Positions 31,806 through 32,000 of a stretch of DNA of 32,000 nt are shown one piece after another. The notes below the pieces were generated by a model. The model did no database searches, had not been told where the DNA came from, and saw only the letters and a program-made list of their open reading frames with translations. The translations under genes were made by a program, and so were the position numbers. The DNA comes from Pyrodictium occultum (GTDB lineage: Archaea > Thermoproteota > Thermoprotei_A > Sulfolobales > Pyrodictiaceae). The number at the start of each line of letters is the position of its first letter. Position 1 is the first letter of the stretch. Where the stretch lies: NCBI RefSeq assembly GCF_001462395.1, contig NZ_LNTB01000001.1, positions 1,170,001-1,202,000 of the forward strand, read 5' to 3'.

Positions 31806-32000
31806 ATGCGGGAGAGGTACAACGTAACCAGCTCTGGCTACGACGAGCTTTATAGGAATGAGCAGTACGAGAAGTACAGGCTCGCTATGCGCCTCCTAGA
31901 GCCCCGGGGAAAGGTTCTCGACGACGGCTGTGGCACAGCCCTCCTCCTAGAATACCTATACACTACCGGCATGCTGGGAGGACTCCTCTACTACATTTGT
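31806..32000 (+). CDS. class I SAM-dependent methyltransferase, N-terminal fragment (runs off window)
   Basis: My translation: MRERYNVTSSGYDELYRNEQYEKYRLAMRLLEPRGKVLDDGCGTALLLEYL. VLDxGCGT is SAM-binding motif I. Upstream in-frame GTG/TTG starts (31764, 31776) are possible. Confidence 0.55.
   Translation, partial: MRERYNVTSSGYDELYRNEQYEKYRLAMRLLEPRGKVLDDGCGTALLLEYLYTTGMLGGLLYYIC

Noticed and set aside
1-32000. CRISPR arrays, rRNA genes, inteins, IS elements
   Set aside because: No regularly spaced direct repeats are visible. PolB, PEP synthase and the helicases have normal lengths with contiguous motifs, so no intein insertions are likely. I recognised no transposase or integrase motifs.

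Overview
About 56% G+C, gene-dense chromosomal DNA. Gene content points to a hyperthermophilic crenarchaeon, Desulfurococcales/Aeropyrum-like: Dpo1-type PolB, Hjc, XPB, PCNA, AT-rich TATA boxes close to start codons (consistent with short or absent leaders), frequent GTG/TTG starts. That assignment is an inference. The left two thirds hold housekeeping and DNA-transaction genes: a RavA-like ATPase fragment, RNase P RNA, PEP synthase, a MarC membrane protein, tRNA-Arg(GCG), PolB1, a PIN-ATPase-KH protein, Hjc, XPB, Mrp/ApbC, an AbrB-ACT regulator, DUF72 and PCNA. Small hypothetical genes and a few candidate small RNAs lie between them. The most interesting part is 22.2-30.5 kb. A membrane-fused HerA/VirB4-like ATPase sits divergently from an Lhr-type helicase. 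The helicase is followed on the same strand by four tightly coupled genes: a 91-aa two-helix pilin-like protein, a 485-aa polytopic membrane protein with a large beta-rich ectodomain, a 61-aa two-TM protein, and a 487-aa VirB4/HerA-like ATPase. This architecture matches the crenarchaeal Ced (type IV secretion/conjugation-related DNA import) machinery. This block is AT-richer than its flanks and runs directly, with a 35-nt overlap, into an isolated uL2-uS19 ribosomal gene pair. I saw no CRISPR array, transposase, integrase or rRNA. All homology calls come from motif recognition by eye, not from database searches.
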